A stretch of DNA of 64,000 nt from Callorhinchus milii (lineage: Eukaryota), in contig NW_024704743.1 of NCBI RefSeq assembly GCF_018977255.1, forward strand, positions 55,368,001-55,432,000, given 5' to 3'. The translations under genes and the position numbers were made by a program. How positions within the stretch are numbered: the first letter of the stretch is position 1; every line of letters begins with the position of its first letter. The notes beneath the pieces were generated by a model. It searched no databases. It was not told the origin of the DNA and worked only from the letters and a program-made list of their open reading frames with translations. This document shows positions 50,201-63,789 of the stretch, piece by piece.

Positions 50201-53040
50201 ACACTCTCCTCCACCCTTCCTCCCCATAGGGAAGTATCCTGCTTACCTAATCCTAGAGAGTATTAGTAGGCAGGTTAGCAAGAACCAAGGCCCTGGGGAC
50301 CCAGAGTGTGTGTTAGGGTACTGTTGGACTTTATCCAGCTAAAACCTTGTAAATTGCCATTACAAACATAGTTGACTACGAAGCTGAACCAATATTACAT
50401 CACCGAGTCTACCAAAGGGAATTAACTCAGCTCCACTCTCTCTTCACCAGACACGTCGTCATCTCAATCCATAAACCTTTACAATATAATATAATCCTTG
50501 CATTTGATATAGCACCTTATCATGTTTTCGAGACATTTCAAAGCACTTCACAGAATATATTATAAAGTGCAGTGGCTGTGTATTTGTTGGCGAAACACTG
50601 CGCACAGCAGTGTCCCACAAGCAGTCATGGATTGAAGGACCAATTTTTATTTATTTATTGGAGAGATTATTACCTGTGGAAATTGGCCCGCCCACCAACA
50701 AGCGACTGGGTTCCTACTTTCTGCCTGAGATTTTGCTCCCCTGATAATCGAAGACAGGTCCTCTCGCTTGTGAGGCGAGCGCGCTAACCATTATGCTATT
50801 GGACTCCACAATTTTCATACCCTCTCTTCGCTCTATCCCCCTCTTCCCTCTCAAAGCTGGTCATCATTCAGGCAGCAAAGAAACATGGTCAAAACTCCCT
50901 GAATGGATAGCAAGTACCAAGAAATCCTTCCAACACATATTGTGAGCGACAGTGCTATACATAAAGTGTGCAAGCGATTGCCACTATCTTCCAGACCAGA
51001 TCCAGGGCACACAATGTTGTCCATGGCCAGGGTTTAAAGAAACAAGACCTCCAAGGTCTTCCTTGAATAATCTCCTACCAGCTGGTGAATATCAAAGAAT
51101 ATAATCACTGAGCTTTTGATTCATCTTCCTCAGTGTTACACAATTCTGTGCATTCACTCAATGAACTGGGAGAGGGGAAGAGGGAAAGAAACATTGTTCC
51201 ACGTACTACAGAATGAGTTCATGTACTGGCACTGACACCCAAATTATACTGGAATGGGTAGTAAAAGAATAGTCACAAAACAGTTTTATTTCAACCAAAG
51301 AGATAACATCAAAACAGCATTTACTTAAGTAAACAACACGTTTACTTCAGTCGTGACTCATTTCACTTGGCAACATAGGAAAAGGAGTAGGCCATTTAAC
51401 CAGTCAAGAAATCCCCAGATTTAACAGTCGTAAATCCCCAGTAATGAAATCTAAAGAAACCTAAAACCCAATTTACATTGTATGTAAGCAATATTAGGTC
51501 ACTTTCTTAGAGATATTTAAATTAAAAAGAGCTATCAATTCTTAATAATCCTTGCATTTGATATAGTGCCCTATCACGTCACTGAGACATCTCAAAGTGA
51601 GATACAGGATATACTGTAAAGTGGTGTGACTGTGTGTATGCACACACAGCAGTACAATTTGTACAATGTCCCACAAACAGCCATGGACTGAGTGAACAAT
51701 TAGATATAATTGAACAAAATAACAATGAATAAAGCACAGGGAACCAGGAACAAGCAATAAAAGCTATTTAGAGCCATAGAATAGAGACCAGCTGGTGTGG
51801 ATTCAAACTCTAGTTTCAATGCATTAATCTCTACAACTCCCCGTTTCCCCAATTTAATATTTAAGATATTCTGTTATTGTAACCCAAAATAATGAAGCAG
51901 GGACATTTTAGCATCCAACTGAATTCAAATTGTATAAAAAAGATTAATATTATTACTTTTTAAACTCAGTCTCTAGAGCTTTCTAAATTTATTCCGTAAC
52001 TCAAAGTATTCTGCTCTTCCACACAACTGAATGCATCCCATATTTCCAGCAAGATTATTCATAGATATTGTAAAACAGCAGATGTCCTTGTATGGTTCCC
52101 TGACATCTACTGTCACAGCCGTCAACTAGAATCATCACATTATTGTTCATTATCATTTGCTTCCTATTACTTAAATAAGTTATTATCCAATTTACATCAA
52201 CTTTCTTAATCACTAGAGATTTCCTGTTGCTTGCCTGAACTTTCATTGAATGCTCGAAGAATAGATTCCGTTGTTTTCCTTCCCACTATATAGGTTAACC
52301 ATCATGTCTATAAATTCCCAGGACTTTATTACTGATCCTTTTCATAAATTGGACCATTAGCCATATTTCATTCACTTGGGACTACCCTTGGATTTCCTGT
52401 TGATTATAGGTTTAGCTCACCCAATTTCTAGTTTAATTTCTTTAAAGGGGCTAGCTGGGCTATCATCAGCAGTGCTCTAGAGTACTACAGACCCGCCTGA
52501 GACTGCCACATAAGGTTCGCTTGATTCTGACATTCCACCTTGGAGCCAGTTCAGCTACAATGAGACCCTCCGAATCTCCCCCACGAGGAAGGTGGTAACG
52601 AGTTGATCATTTCACTTCCATTTACACATAGGTTTTAACTTTCTAGATTATATGGCATATATTTAAATTGGACCTTCGTGAAAGTATCCCTCTATTTCCA
52701 TTTGGCATTTTCATTCCATAATTCTTTGCAACTCTAGAATCTGCTTTTCTATAAACTAGAAAGGATATATATATTCACGTTAGCATCTCTTATTTCTAAT
52801 TGTATCACAGTATCAAATTAACTAACATTGTGAGTGCTGGTTCTCAAGTACCTTAAATTTTCCACTACCTCAAACTGACCAATAAATATTTAATTAAAAA
52901 CAGATATGGCTTCTTTCCCAGGCTTTGTTGTAACAATCCTGATCTTATCTCCTATAAAAGATTCCTCCCCATGATCCATTTTTCCACCTATAGTCTTGTG
53001 CAGCACCTGCAGCTACCCCCCGTCCCAAAAATCCATCAAG

Positions 53041-53400
53041 ATAATAACAGTAATCCTTGCATTTGATACAGCGATTTTCACGTCTTTTCACATCTCAAAG
53101 CGCTTCACAGAATAGACTGTAAAGTGAATTGACTATATTTGTGGGCGAAACGCGGCAGCCAATTGCACACAGCAGTGTCCCACAAACAGTCGTGGATTGA
53201 AGTGACCAACTTATTCTTTTTTTTGAAGGAATTATTACCCCCAGAAATGTAATCCGCCAACCAACGGGTTCCTTCTTACTGCTAGGTAAGCAGAGGTGTG
53301 TGGAGTAAGACAACTTGCCCAACATTTTGCCCTGAGGGAATCAAACCCAGGTCTCTCACTTGCGAGGCGAATGCTCTAATCACTGAGCTATAGTATTCCA
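53041..53400 (-). mobile_element. Family B SINE, near full length
   Basis: Head tagctcagtgattagagcattcgcctcgcaagtgagagacctgggtttgattccc. Other copies at ~4337-4592, 40748-40972, 48484-48780 and 50485-50810. Confidence 0.82.
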
Positions 53401-53569
53401 AGATGTTTGTAATCTGAGTAGCAAGACTGCTTCTGGCACAAGATGCTACAAAAAAATAATATGAATGGACATCAATAACCCTGACTTAATTCTGGAATGC
53501 TGTGGAAAATTGCAGGTACATAATTAAATTTCTTATTGGTTAAACTGCTTCTTAACTACTTCAGTGAAC

Positions 53570-53872
53570 ATCGGCCTGCTTGCCTGCTTCATGTCCCCCA
53601 CCCTATCCGCCCCACCATAAGTGAGTGAGCTTTCAGCCATTCTGCCCCTGCTCTCTGGAATTCTACTTCGGAGTCCACTCTGACTTGATCCTTCCCTATC
53701 CTGTTCAAGGCACTTTTCAAAACACACCTCTTTGACCGTGCTTTCAGTCACCTTTCCCATCCCCACCTCCCTTGGCTCGCACCCCCAGCTTGGGTTCCCA
53801 CCCAGGTTTGTAAAATGGTTTGAGACATTCTCTTGATGTGAAAGGCGTTATATAAATGTAAATTGTATTGTA
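53570..53872 (+). mobile_element. L2 3' fragment
   Basis: gctttcagccattctgcccc..tggaa..tttgaccgtgctttc..gtgaaaggcgttatataaat. Confidence 0.75.
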
Positions 53873-54452
53873 CTTTAATTGATGGTGTCAAGGATTAGTC
53901 CTTCAGTGTAAAATGTTGAATGTAGTTATTCCAATCCAAATTTAATCACTAGTTAAAATCACATTTTGATCTGACAAATCTGCCTAAACTACTTTGCAAG
54001 CTTTATGCTTCGATAATCACATTTCATCTGTCTTTCTATACTGATATGCATTAGCTTTAATAGGTCTTCCCAAGACAATTCCCTGATGATGTGATTAGTA
54101 CTGTTAAAACAAAAACATTGAAGAAGCAAAACAAAAACAGAAGTAAAATGTTAATCAGTATCTTTTTTGCTGATTTGATTGAAAGAAGTGGTCACTCTCT
54201 CCCTATTGTTATAAGTTAATTTAGCCCCTCTTCAAATTCTCCCAGGCCATGCACCATACTGTATTCAACCAGTTTATCAGGTTTCTACCATAGTCACTGT
54301 TTTACATTCAATTGCAATATTTACTGGAACATTCATAACTGGCGAAAAATCCAACACAAACTTTGGAAAGTTTTTCGATACAATTTATACTTTTGTAATA
54401 GCTTTCACAAAGAAATTCTGGCTAAGAAACATGGTATTTTTGTACAAATTAT

Positions 54453-54460
54453 TCTCTCTA

Positions 54461-54493
<33 letters not shown>
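54453..54493 (+). repeat. Compound (CT)n(AT)n microsatellite
   Basis: tctctctatctctctc...tatatatata. Confidence 0.9.
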
Positions 54494-54494
<1 letters not shown>

Positions 54495-55559
54495 ACTAAC
54501 CTGATTCCACTATAGTGCAAAAGTGAGCAGTCTGCAAATGCTAATACTTTCTTTACTCAAACATTTTCAGGGTCAAAATAAATTCAACTATTCCATTGTT
54601 GCTGAGATACAACCTTCCTCTTTCTCTGATCATGAAATATACTGCAATAGTTAGCTAACTTGTGTTACACAGTGCTGCTTTCAATCCTACTTGTATTATT
54701 AAATTGAAAAAGATTCAGGATTCAGCAATACAAGTTAATTAAAAAGATACTTATTGCACATTGCAAAAAGCAAAATAAAAAAACTATATTAAAATGTTAA
54801 AATACTGTTAACTAAAGAAACTTTCAGCACAACGAAAATGAAACAAATCTTCCTTGTGCTTACGGTCCTTAGCTTTGTGTCCATAGGTTTCAAAGTTGTT
54901 GTTTCTCTTTCTAAAATTAACATAGGTTGTGATTTACTCCCATTTTGTGAATCAAATTTACTGAATTTGTTCAAAAATGTATTACCATAATTCAAAGTAG
55001 CCTTTTTGTGAAAATGGGTTTTTACAAGCTTTTGCGGTTGGATAGGAGGGATATAAGAGCTATGTGTTGTTTTCTGCATGTAATGCAGGATAAGGCAATT
55101 TGATTCACATTATTTAATTGTGTGTCTGCACTGATGAAAATGAATTGTCCAGCACTTTCATGAATATAGTGCACTTTTAAAGGTTACTTACATTTGATGA
55201 CTGGCCAACAATTGAATTCACTTGATCTAGTATAGGGTGACCTCATTACTGCAGAGGCAAGGGCAATAAAAGGCCAAACTACTGTATTGTAGGTTTGCTT
55301 ACCTCAGTAAATAATCAAATTGAATTTGATAGGCAAATGACCAAACAATGACAAAATAACCCGCAAAATACAAAAGTAAATCCTGGCATACAAAGCCAAA
55401 ATATCACCTCTTGATTTGTATTAATGTTATTGTACACCGTGTTAATAATAATAATTAATATTATTGTACATAATGTAATTTGTTGTTTTATCTGAATTCT
55501 GGGACCAAACCTCCATGGAGTTGGTACTGGAGGAGGCAAAGTAGATATGTGTGTTATCC

Positions 55560-56762
55560 ACATGCATGTGGAAATTTACTGTGGGTGACATTCCCAGAGG
55601 AAGCATATAGATAAGGAAATGAAGAGGGCCAAGGATGGAACCCTGGGGTACCCTGCAGGTGACCGGGCTGGGGCGGGAGGAGAAATGATGAAATGGAGGC
55701 GGTTGGTTAAGTAGGACTCGAACTATGCGAGTGCAGTCCCACTAAAGTAATAATAATCCTTGCTTTTCACGTCTTCTAGACGTCCCAAAGTGCTTCACAG
55801 AATATACTGTAAAGTGAATTGACTGTATATTTGTGGGCGAATGCAGCAGCCAATTGCGCATAGCAATGTCCCACAAACAGCCAAAGTAGATGAGGGAGGA
55901 GAGCCGATGGAGTAGGATGGCATAGTCAACCATTTTGAACATGGCAGAGAGATCGAGGAGGACGAGGAGACAGAGGAAGCCCTGGTCACAGATAGAGAGG
56001 ACGTTGTTTGTGACTTTGGCAAGGGCTGTCTCTGTGCTGTGGGCAGGGCAAAAACCAGACTGCAGGGGCTTGAGGCGGGAGTGGAGAGAGAAGTGTGACT
56101 GAAGTTGACCTGCAACAATGCGTTCCAGGACTTTAGCAAGGAAGGGTAGGCTGGAGATGAGACGATAGTGTGCGAGATTCGAGGGATCGAGGGTGGGTAT
56201 TTTGAGAACGGGTGTGATAACAGCGGTTTTCAGGGAGAGTGGAACAGAGCCTGAGGAGAGAGACTGGTTGACCGTGTCAGCCACCAGGGGGGAGAGGAGG
56301 GGGCGTTGAGTGACCAGCAGCTGGGCGGGGAGGGGTTCAAGGTAACAGTTGGTTGAGAGGGAGGAGGGAGAAATGGGGCAAAGGAGTGTAAAGAGGGGGG
56401 AGTGGCAGGAGCCATGGCGGAGGGAGAAGGCGGTATGGATGGTCTGGATGGGGTGGAAGGGGATGGGGGTGGGGGAGGACGATGCAGCCATGGGGATGTT
56501 CTCAATTTTTGAGGCAAAGGAGTTTAGGACCTCTTCGCGCTTGGCGCTTGATGTGAGGATAGAGGGGGCTTGAGGGGTTGCACGCAGGAGGTGATGGATG
56601 GTGGAAAACAAGTGTTTTTGGATTGTTGTTTGCCTTCAGGATGACTTTGGAGTAAAAGTCAGTTTGGGCCTGTGAAAGGGAGAGATGGTAGGTGCGGAGG
56701 TGCTCGAGCCACAAATGGCAGTGAATTGTGAGCCTGGGTTTCTGCCTTCTGTGCTCGAGCAT
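55560..56762 (-). mobile_element. L2-clade LINE ORF2 fragment interrupted by a SINE 3' fragment (~55745-55880)
   Basis: ORF 55742..56611 contains YRLISSLPFLAKVLERIV, QSGFCPAHSTETAL and LLDLSAMF; the GxPQGSxLGP region lies at ~55620-55655. Confidence 0.88.
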
Positions 56763-58440
56763 CCAGGTTTGGGTTTTGCATCATGAACTACACTGTTCAG
56801 TCCCTGAGACAATAATCAAGAGACACAAATTTACAAACCACTTCATTCTCTTGTGGCCTTGGTAAAAGATGCTACTGTTTACAACCATTTACCCATCCAC
56901 CACAGAAAATTGCACATTAAACAGACATCCCTCTGGCATTGGCAGATTGAAGAAAACTAATTAAATGCTTACAACTACACCTGCAGGAATGATTGCTGAG
57001 CTTTTTTCAAATACTCGGGAAACAATATCAAGCCTTATGATGTGTCACTACATTTTGTTGTCACCTGTGTCAATTAAATATCTCAATTTTACCTGTACTG
57101 CATTTTCCTAACTATTCTGAATTTCAATTTTCTTTATCTACACTGTAGATCCCATTTACCACTACGTGTGAACACTGGATCCAATGCTTATCTGACAATC
57201 TGTGACTTCACTATTCATCTTATTTAGTTCATTTAAACGTTGGATTTGGTACATATCCTCCACATGTAACATAAATGGGATTGGATCTCTAGAATATCAT
57301 GGTGACTGGGTCTACACAAGTTATGCTGTATAGGCCCTCCCATCATCTTCAAGGCAGATGACTGGTGAATAAATGAGGAGGAATCTCTGAGGCTGGCTAT
57401 GGCAGCTTTTGAAAGGATATGTAAAGTCTGTGCTTGTGAACACACGCTCATAATCCAGGGTCTAGTATTAACCTTAATTGGTAAGAAGATGCTGCTCAAG
57501 ATCCACTCCTCCATTAGGTGGAATACTCACTTAACGGATAGTGACGCATGTCTGAGCAGGTCCTTGTTGCGCAAGCAGTGGCATTGTGCTTTCAATGGCA
57601 AGCTATGTAGGTTTGAGCTATACCCCAACACACTCTCTGGGGTCCTCAAGTCTTGGCTCTCATCAACCTGTGGCTAATATTCTCCAGAATGTGAAGACTT
57701 TGTTTTAAATGTGTAAACCATTCTCTAAATTGTTTCTCTTTTAAAAACACATACTTAATCTACCTTATGTAACCTGGAACTTCTCCAAATCGATACATTT
57801 CAACATACAGTATACCTCAACAAGCAACTACAAACTTGGACCCCAATAAACAGGTTCTATTATGGTGATCATTTTCCCAATGCAGCAGATTAGTGCAAAA
57901 AAAAACAAATGCTATGAAGAACAATTTTTGCAATATGATTGAGTCAGTAAGAAATGTATTCCCCGTGGTTGTTTTTTAAATTCTGAAGGTAGGTGTTTTG
58001 CATACAAAGCTTGGTATGCGGATTTAGTCATGAGTGTGGAAAAGAGTGAGATCAGAGCTGCCGTTTAATCTTCAGAACTTGAAGTTCTATACATGAACAC
58101 TGTACCAATTCGCACTCCACCTGTATAAATCATAGAATAGGACTGCTGAGATTTAGCCAACTGTAAACTTTTTGCCAGCCACTTTCTTCTTGCATAATGG
58201 CCCCAACTCTCAGAATAAACATGTAATTTCTGTAAACATGTAATTGCTGTGCGCAATTGGCTGCCGCTTTTCGTCCACAAATATACACTTTACAGTATAT
58301 TCTGTGAAGCGCTTTGAGACGTCTAGAAGACATGAAAAGCGCTAAATCAAATGCAAGAATTATAATTATTATATTCCAAACATGCATTTTCATGCATTTT
58401 ATGGTTTGTGCTTGCCTATTCATAAACGATGAAGGCAAAA

Positions 58441-59048
58441 ATTTAGGCCATCCACCTCGTGAGGGCTCAAAACCCTTTTTCTTGGATGTCCTTCAGGTGG
58501 GTGGGGGATAAGCTGAACTCGCTCCAAAGTGACATATTTGGCAACGGAAAGTCAGCTTCAAGCCTGTGATGATCTTGATAATCTAGTTCCTGAGCCAGGC
58601 GGGGCCGCAGTAGTCCGGGGCAGTGCTGTTGACAGCACAGCGAGCCTGGCACACCGGGACTTAGAATGACAGACCAGTCAATTAGGAGCAGGGACTCTTC
58701 CCACTCAGCTCCCATTAATCCTACAAGATAAAGGCCTAAAAGGCAGGGTTGTCCAAGCTGGACAAGCAGGAAAGCTTGCCATTTTCAGCGGCAAGCTACG
58801 TGGTTTTAACTGGTTAAATTCCAGCAGTACCCCAACACACACATTGGCTTTTGCCAACCTGCGCCTAGTACTCTCTGGAACTAGGTAAGCAGGATGCTTC
58901 CCTCCAAGGAGAATGTGCATTCCATTCCAACAAATATCTCTGGAATTTCCACGCAGTGGAATGCACGGAACTCAGTTGGTTTTGATACTCTTAAGTACGG
59001 TGATGGGTTTCCGTATATATTAGACATCCAGGTGACCAAAATAATAAA
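58441..59048 (+). mobile_element. Unclassified A-tailed interspersed repeat (family C), longest copy
   Basis: Ends ...gggtttccg..gac..tgaccaaaa(A-rich). Related pieces at ~20110-20218, 30200-30290, 39820-39937 (+) and ~21830-22270, 23075-23230, 29615-29800, 44930-45420, 50088-50360 (-). Confidence 0.65.
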
Positions 59049-61085
59049 TACATATTTGCCTCCAAAGACAATCCCTACCCCAGATGATCATTATTAAATG
59101 TTTTTAGAGGTTTCAAAGTAATAAGACATTATCAAAAAATGTATTTCCTCATGTTGTGTAATTTGAAAACGCAACATTCTTGTGTGCCAAATGAATAGAT
59201 AATACAAACACTTTGTGCAGGCAGACAAAAACAAAACAAATCGGCATAACTGCATCATATTCAATAAGATGTGCAAGAGTGTAAAAATAGACATTAATGT
59301 TCCCTCGTGGGTTATTGCTGAGAAACAAATAATTGATGCTTGGTTGGTTTCATTAGAAAGAATATCTTATTTCACTAAAATTATTTAATTGGCTGGCAGT
59401 GTTTGATGTAGAGTTCCAAAGTTACCACATTTCTCCCCCCACCAGAGTACAAGATGAGATTTTTCCTTAAATTAAGGTTTTGAAATTGTTACTCAAATTT
59501 GTAATTATTATCCTTACATTTGACAGAGTAGACATCTCATAGCCCTTCACAGGATACACAGTAAAGTCCAGTGACTGTGCACTTTTTGGTAAAAGGCAAC
59601 AGCCAATTTGCACTCAGGAAACATCTATGTGAAGGACCATGTGAAAGACCAATTTCTGGGGATTGTTGGCCATGACCAACAAGAAAGGAGAACTCCTTTC
59701 TCTTTTTAAATAGGGGCATGGGATCTTTAACACCCACTTGAACCGGCAGACAGGATCGTAACTTTTCAGGGTACATTCAACAACGCATCACATTCCTAGC
59801 AATGCATTAGAGTTTCATCTGAAACTGTACGAGTTCAAACTTCCAATGTAGAGCATGATCCCCAAAAATTCTGGCTGAAAAGGTCGAACCTCTACCAACT
59901 GAGCCAGGCGAACACAATAAGAGCCCAGCAAGGCTACAAAATACTGAATTTTAAAAAAATCCAGTTAACCGCACAAGCCAGGATTATGCTAAATTGTGCA
60001 CAAGGTTACCAAGGACACAGTTTTCCTATGCAGGACCCATGCGTGCAATTTCGCATTTCACAACTAAATTATTTTGAGAGTAATTATTTTGTAATTTCTA
60101 ATTTTTAAGAACATGATCCAAGGTCATTCCTTCTACAGTCCAAACAAATAATATACTAGCACGGACTTCACCCCTTCCACTCTTTCTTGTGGGGAAAAGT
60201 TCTGCATAGATTCTGAATTCGAAAGGCAATAAAAATATTTTTCCATCTCCTCTAATCAAATTCTTTCTTCCACAGAAAACATTCCGCCCTTCACCACTGC
60301 TTCCAATCCCAGCAACACAAAAATAACTCTCTGATTGAATATTTGTTCCTCTCAGCCTGCCTGTGTCCCTTGATACCATTCTCACCCAGATAGTTATGTT
60401 TTGAAGCAGTTAATCAATGCTAATCAACAGTTATTGTTGGAAGCTTTTTATTCACAACATTCATTTACTCAGAAGGTAATTAACAACCGGAACAAGTTGT
60501 CAAGATAAAGTGGTTGAGGCCAGGACACTGAACTTCTTTAAAAACCAGCTTGATGCTAAGGACAGTAGGATAGGATTCTGGAAGGATGAGATGAAATAGG
60601 CCGAATGCCTTCTTCATCCAAATCAATCTTCTGATCTGGTGATTTATGTAAAGGGCAAAAGTATAAGAATTACTAGTCTTGTTTTTTTTATTTGAAACTT
60701 AAACCCTCCAGTTCTGACCTCGCAGTCCAATTCAAAAGATTTTACATAAAATCATAGAAGTTGTGTTGGAGTCATATTGTGCAAACCTTTCTAAAGTTGC
60801 ACAAATTAACATTTCCTCTGCATTGCCGCACAACTGTTCCAAATAAAGACTTTGTTCTCCAAAAGATTTAATTTTCACTGTTACGTTATGCTACATAAGA
60901 ATTGGATTCTGGGTTAATCATTGCTGCTAGTTCCACAAAAAAAACAAGACTTGGCCAGCAATATTACCTTGGTCCCAAATTACAACTACGACTGGAAGAC
61001 CCTGCTATGTAACTTGCACTGAACAGAATTCAATACAATCACACCTTCAAGCACAGAATTTGAAATATTATACACACATTTCAAA

Positions 61086-61119
61086 CAGAGAGAAAGCGAG
61101 AAAGAGAGAGAGAGAGAGA
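61086..61119 (+). repeat. (GA)n microsatellite
   Basis: agagagaaagcgagaaagagagagagagaga. Confidence 0.85.
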
Positions 61120-63789
61120 TAGCTGACACAATGTAAAGAAAATTTGGAAACCATTAGGGAAAATTACTGCAATATTATTCTAAAATTGGGAAAATAACAT
61201 TTGTGTTTTCACCTCACAATAATTATCTTGACACTTTTTAATCCAACTATGACTATTGATGTATAATTGTGTTCAAAATGACACACAACTACCAACCCCT
61301 TTGTTTTTCCCATTTAATTGGCTTTCTTTTTAAGAATATAGAATATACTCTGGTATTCATCTGCAAGAAACAAAATACTATTTTGTATAAGAGTTTTGTA
61401 AATAATTCTGTAATATATGCTATTATCACAGGAAACACACAAGAATGAAAGATCTAATAGAAGCATACATTTCCAGCACATAAGCAGGCCCATTGTGTCT
61501 GTGCTACTGCTTGGTAACTTACCATTTTTCTCAAACCTACTTCCAGCATTTCCCGCATAACTCTTAATATTTTTACTTATCAGTTACTTATCCAATTCCC
61601 TATTGAATGGTTCTATTGATCCAACCTCAATAGCTACTTGTGATTTATTATATACACTCTAACAAGGCTTTAATGGAAAGCATTCCTTTTAAATTCTCCT
61701 CTAATTATTCGGAAAATCACGAGGTTTTGTATCCTCATTAATGATTCCCCAATGAAAGGAAATTTCCCATAATCCCACCACCCCCCTTTTTTTTAAACCA
61801 TGTTGTGCTCCTTCAGAATCTTATCAACAGATATATCTATCATATCCCCTTTCAATTTAAAAAAAAATCAGTAGAGAAAATTAAAATAAGTCTCCTCTAG
61901 TGGTTACAGGCTATTTACGAAGTGCTCAAACAACACTTTGTATATAACCACAATCCTAAAGAGATTAGAGTTTTGCAGAAATCCACTAAATATTGCTATT
62001 GTTTTAAGATTAAGTGAAAATTGTCAATGAATCAATGATATTGTTTTCCTTTCATAAATGTGATATAATGAGGACCTGAACTCTAATCCAGTTACATAAT
62101 TTAAAATCTGCTGCTAATTTCAAAAAATCTCAATAATACAGTAAACACCACAGCTCCAACAGATAACAAGTGAACAAAATTATATAAAAACTTATAAAGA
62201 GTAACCAGTTAATCTAACGTAATGCACTCTTGAAGAGTGAGCTAAAAAGATTCCAATCTCCTGTTTTAACTTTCATTAGAGTGAGTCCTTTTGATACTGT
62301 AACATCCTGCACATCCAGCAAGGATTAAACTGTTTCCTGATTTAGAAGATCTTGTGACTTCTATAGATCAATGAGGTGTTGATACAAAGGCAAATTTAAT
62401 ACTCAGTAAGCAATGTTTGCACGACATGAAAAAAAGCATTCCAATAAACAATAGAAAAAACAGTCACTCCACTTTACTGTACATCCCGTGAAGCGTTTTG
62501 AGACTTCCTCCAGACGTGAAAGACACTACAATATACCAAATCTAAGAAATATTATTATTAGAAATGGCTTCACCTGGGATACAGGTAATAAAGTGATACT
62601 GTGCAATAGCGGTCTACAAATCGAGGAAAGTTCAAATAAGGATTTCCATTCCTTTTAATCTCCAAAATGTTCATTGAAGGCTGCTGCAAATGTTTAACAA
62701 ACTTAACAGATTTGCCATTTAAGTTAATTTGCCACTTGCAAAGCTTCAAACATTGTGAACCCATAATAAAACGTTCCCAGAACATGGCAGATTATTTGGC
62801 CCATCACGTCTTGGGGAGATAGCTCTGCCACTAGTATTTATATTTTAATTCTGTTCCCTGGCGCTCTTTTACCATGTCCTTTAATATTATTATACTCAAA
62901 GTATTTATTCAATTCCCTTTTCAATGGTGTGAGTGGATTCAAGAATTATCCTTGGTAAGCCATTGCATATTCTAATGAACATGTGTGTAAATAAAAATCT
63001 TCTAACCATTATTTTGTAATACCTGAGTGAATCTTCACTAAACCTTCTCACGTATAGTTTTATGTTCTTATGTTCTCCATGGCTCTGGGATCCTTTGTAT
63101 ATTTGGAATTGAAAACTGGATGCAACATTTTAACTGTGGTCAAGCAATGCCTCACACAAATTCAGAGTCAATTTACTGGACCATTCGCAATTTAGCGCTC
63201 TAATGAACCTCGGTGGGGATCCTCATGGCCCTGGTAGGATGGGATCCCTCAATCTGAGGCGCACATCAATGATTGGACCTCTAAAGTAGTCCCGTTACCT
63301 TCTTGCTCCTATATATAAAACATAGAATTCCATTTCTTTTGCTTTTAAAAATGTAAGTACTGAGCCCTGATATAACAGTTACCTGGGTCCAATATCTCAG
63401 AGAATAATTAAGCAAAAAAAATGGCCGACATCCATTTCATCAGATTGAAGTTATGTTCAGAAAGTGCAGCTGACATTACTTCATGAAGTGATATCAGCAA
63501 GCAATTCCTGGACATATAACTATGTGCAGTTTACAGGAAGAGATATCAGTGCAACCCTGAAGTTGGTCATGTTTTAAGCACAGGAAGCCAGCTAGTCAGG
63601 AAGTATCGCTGGATGTATCGCATTTCCAATATTTCCAGGGTCCATAGAATCATGCTTTAAGTGAACCTATGCTCAACCGGAGCACATTCTAAAAGGGGCG
63701 TCCTGTATTTGCATGCTCAATAGTAAAGCAATCCTAAAGTATTGTCCTATTCCTGCATTGCACATCACAGTACGTTTAAGGTAGCTGAA

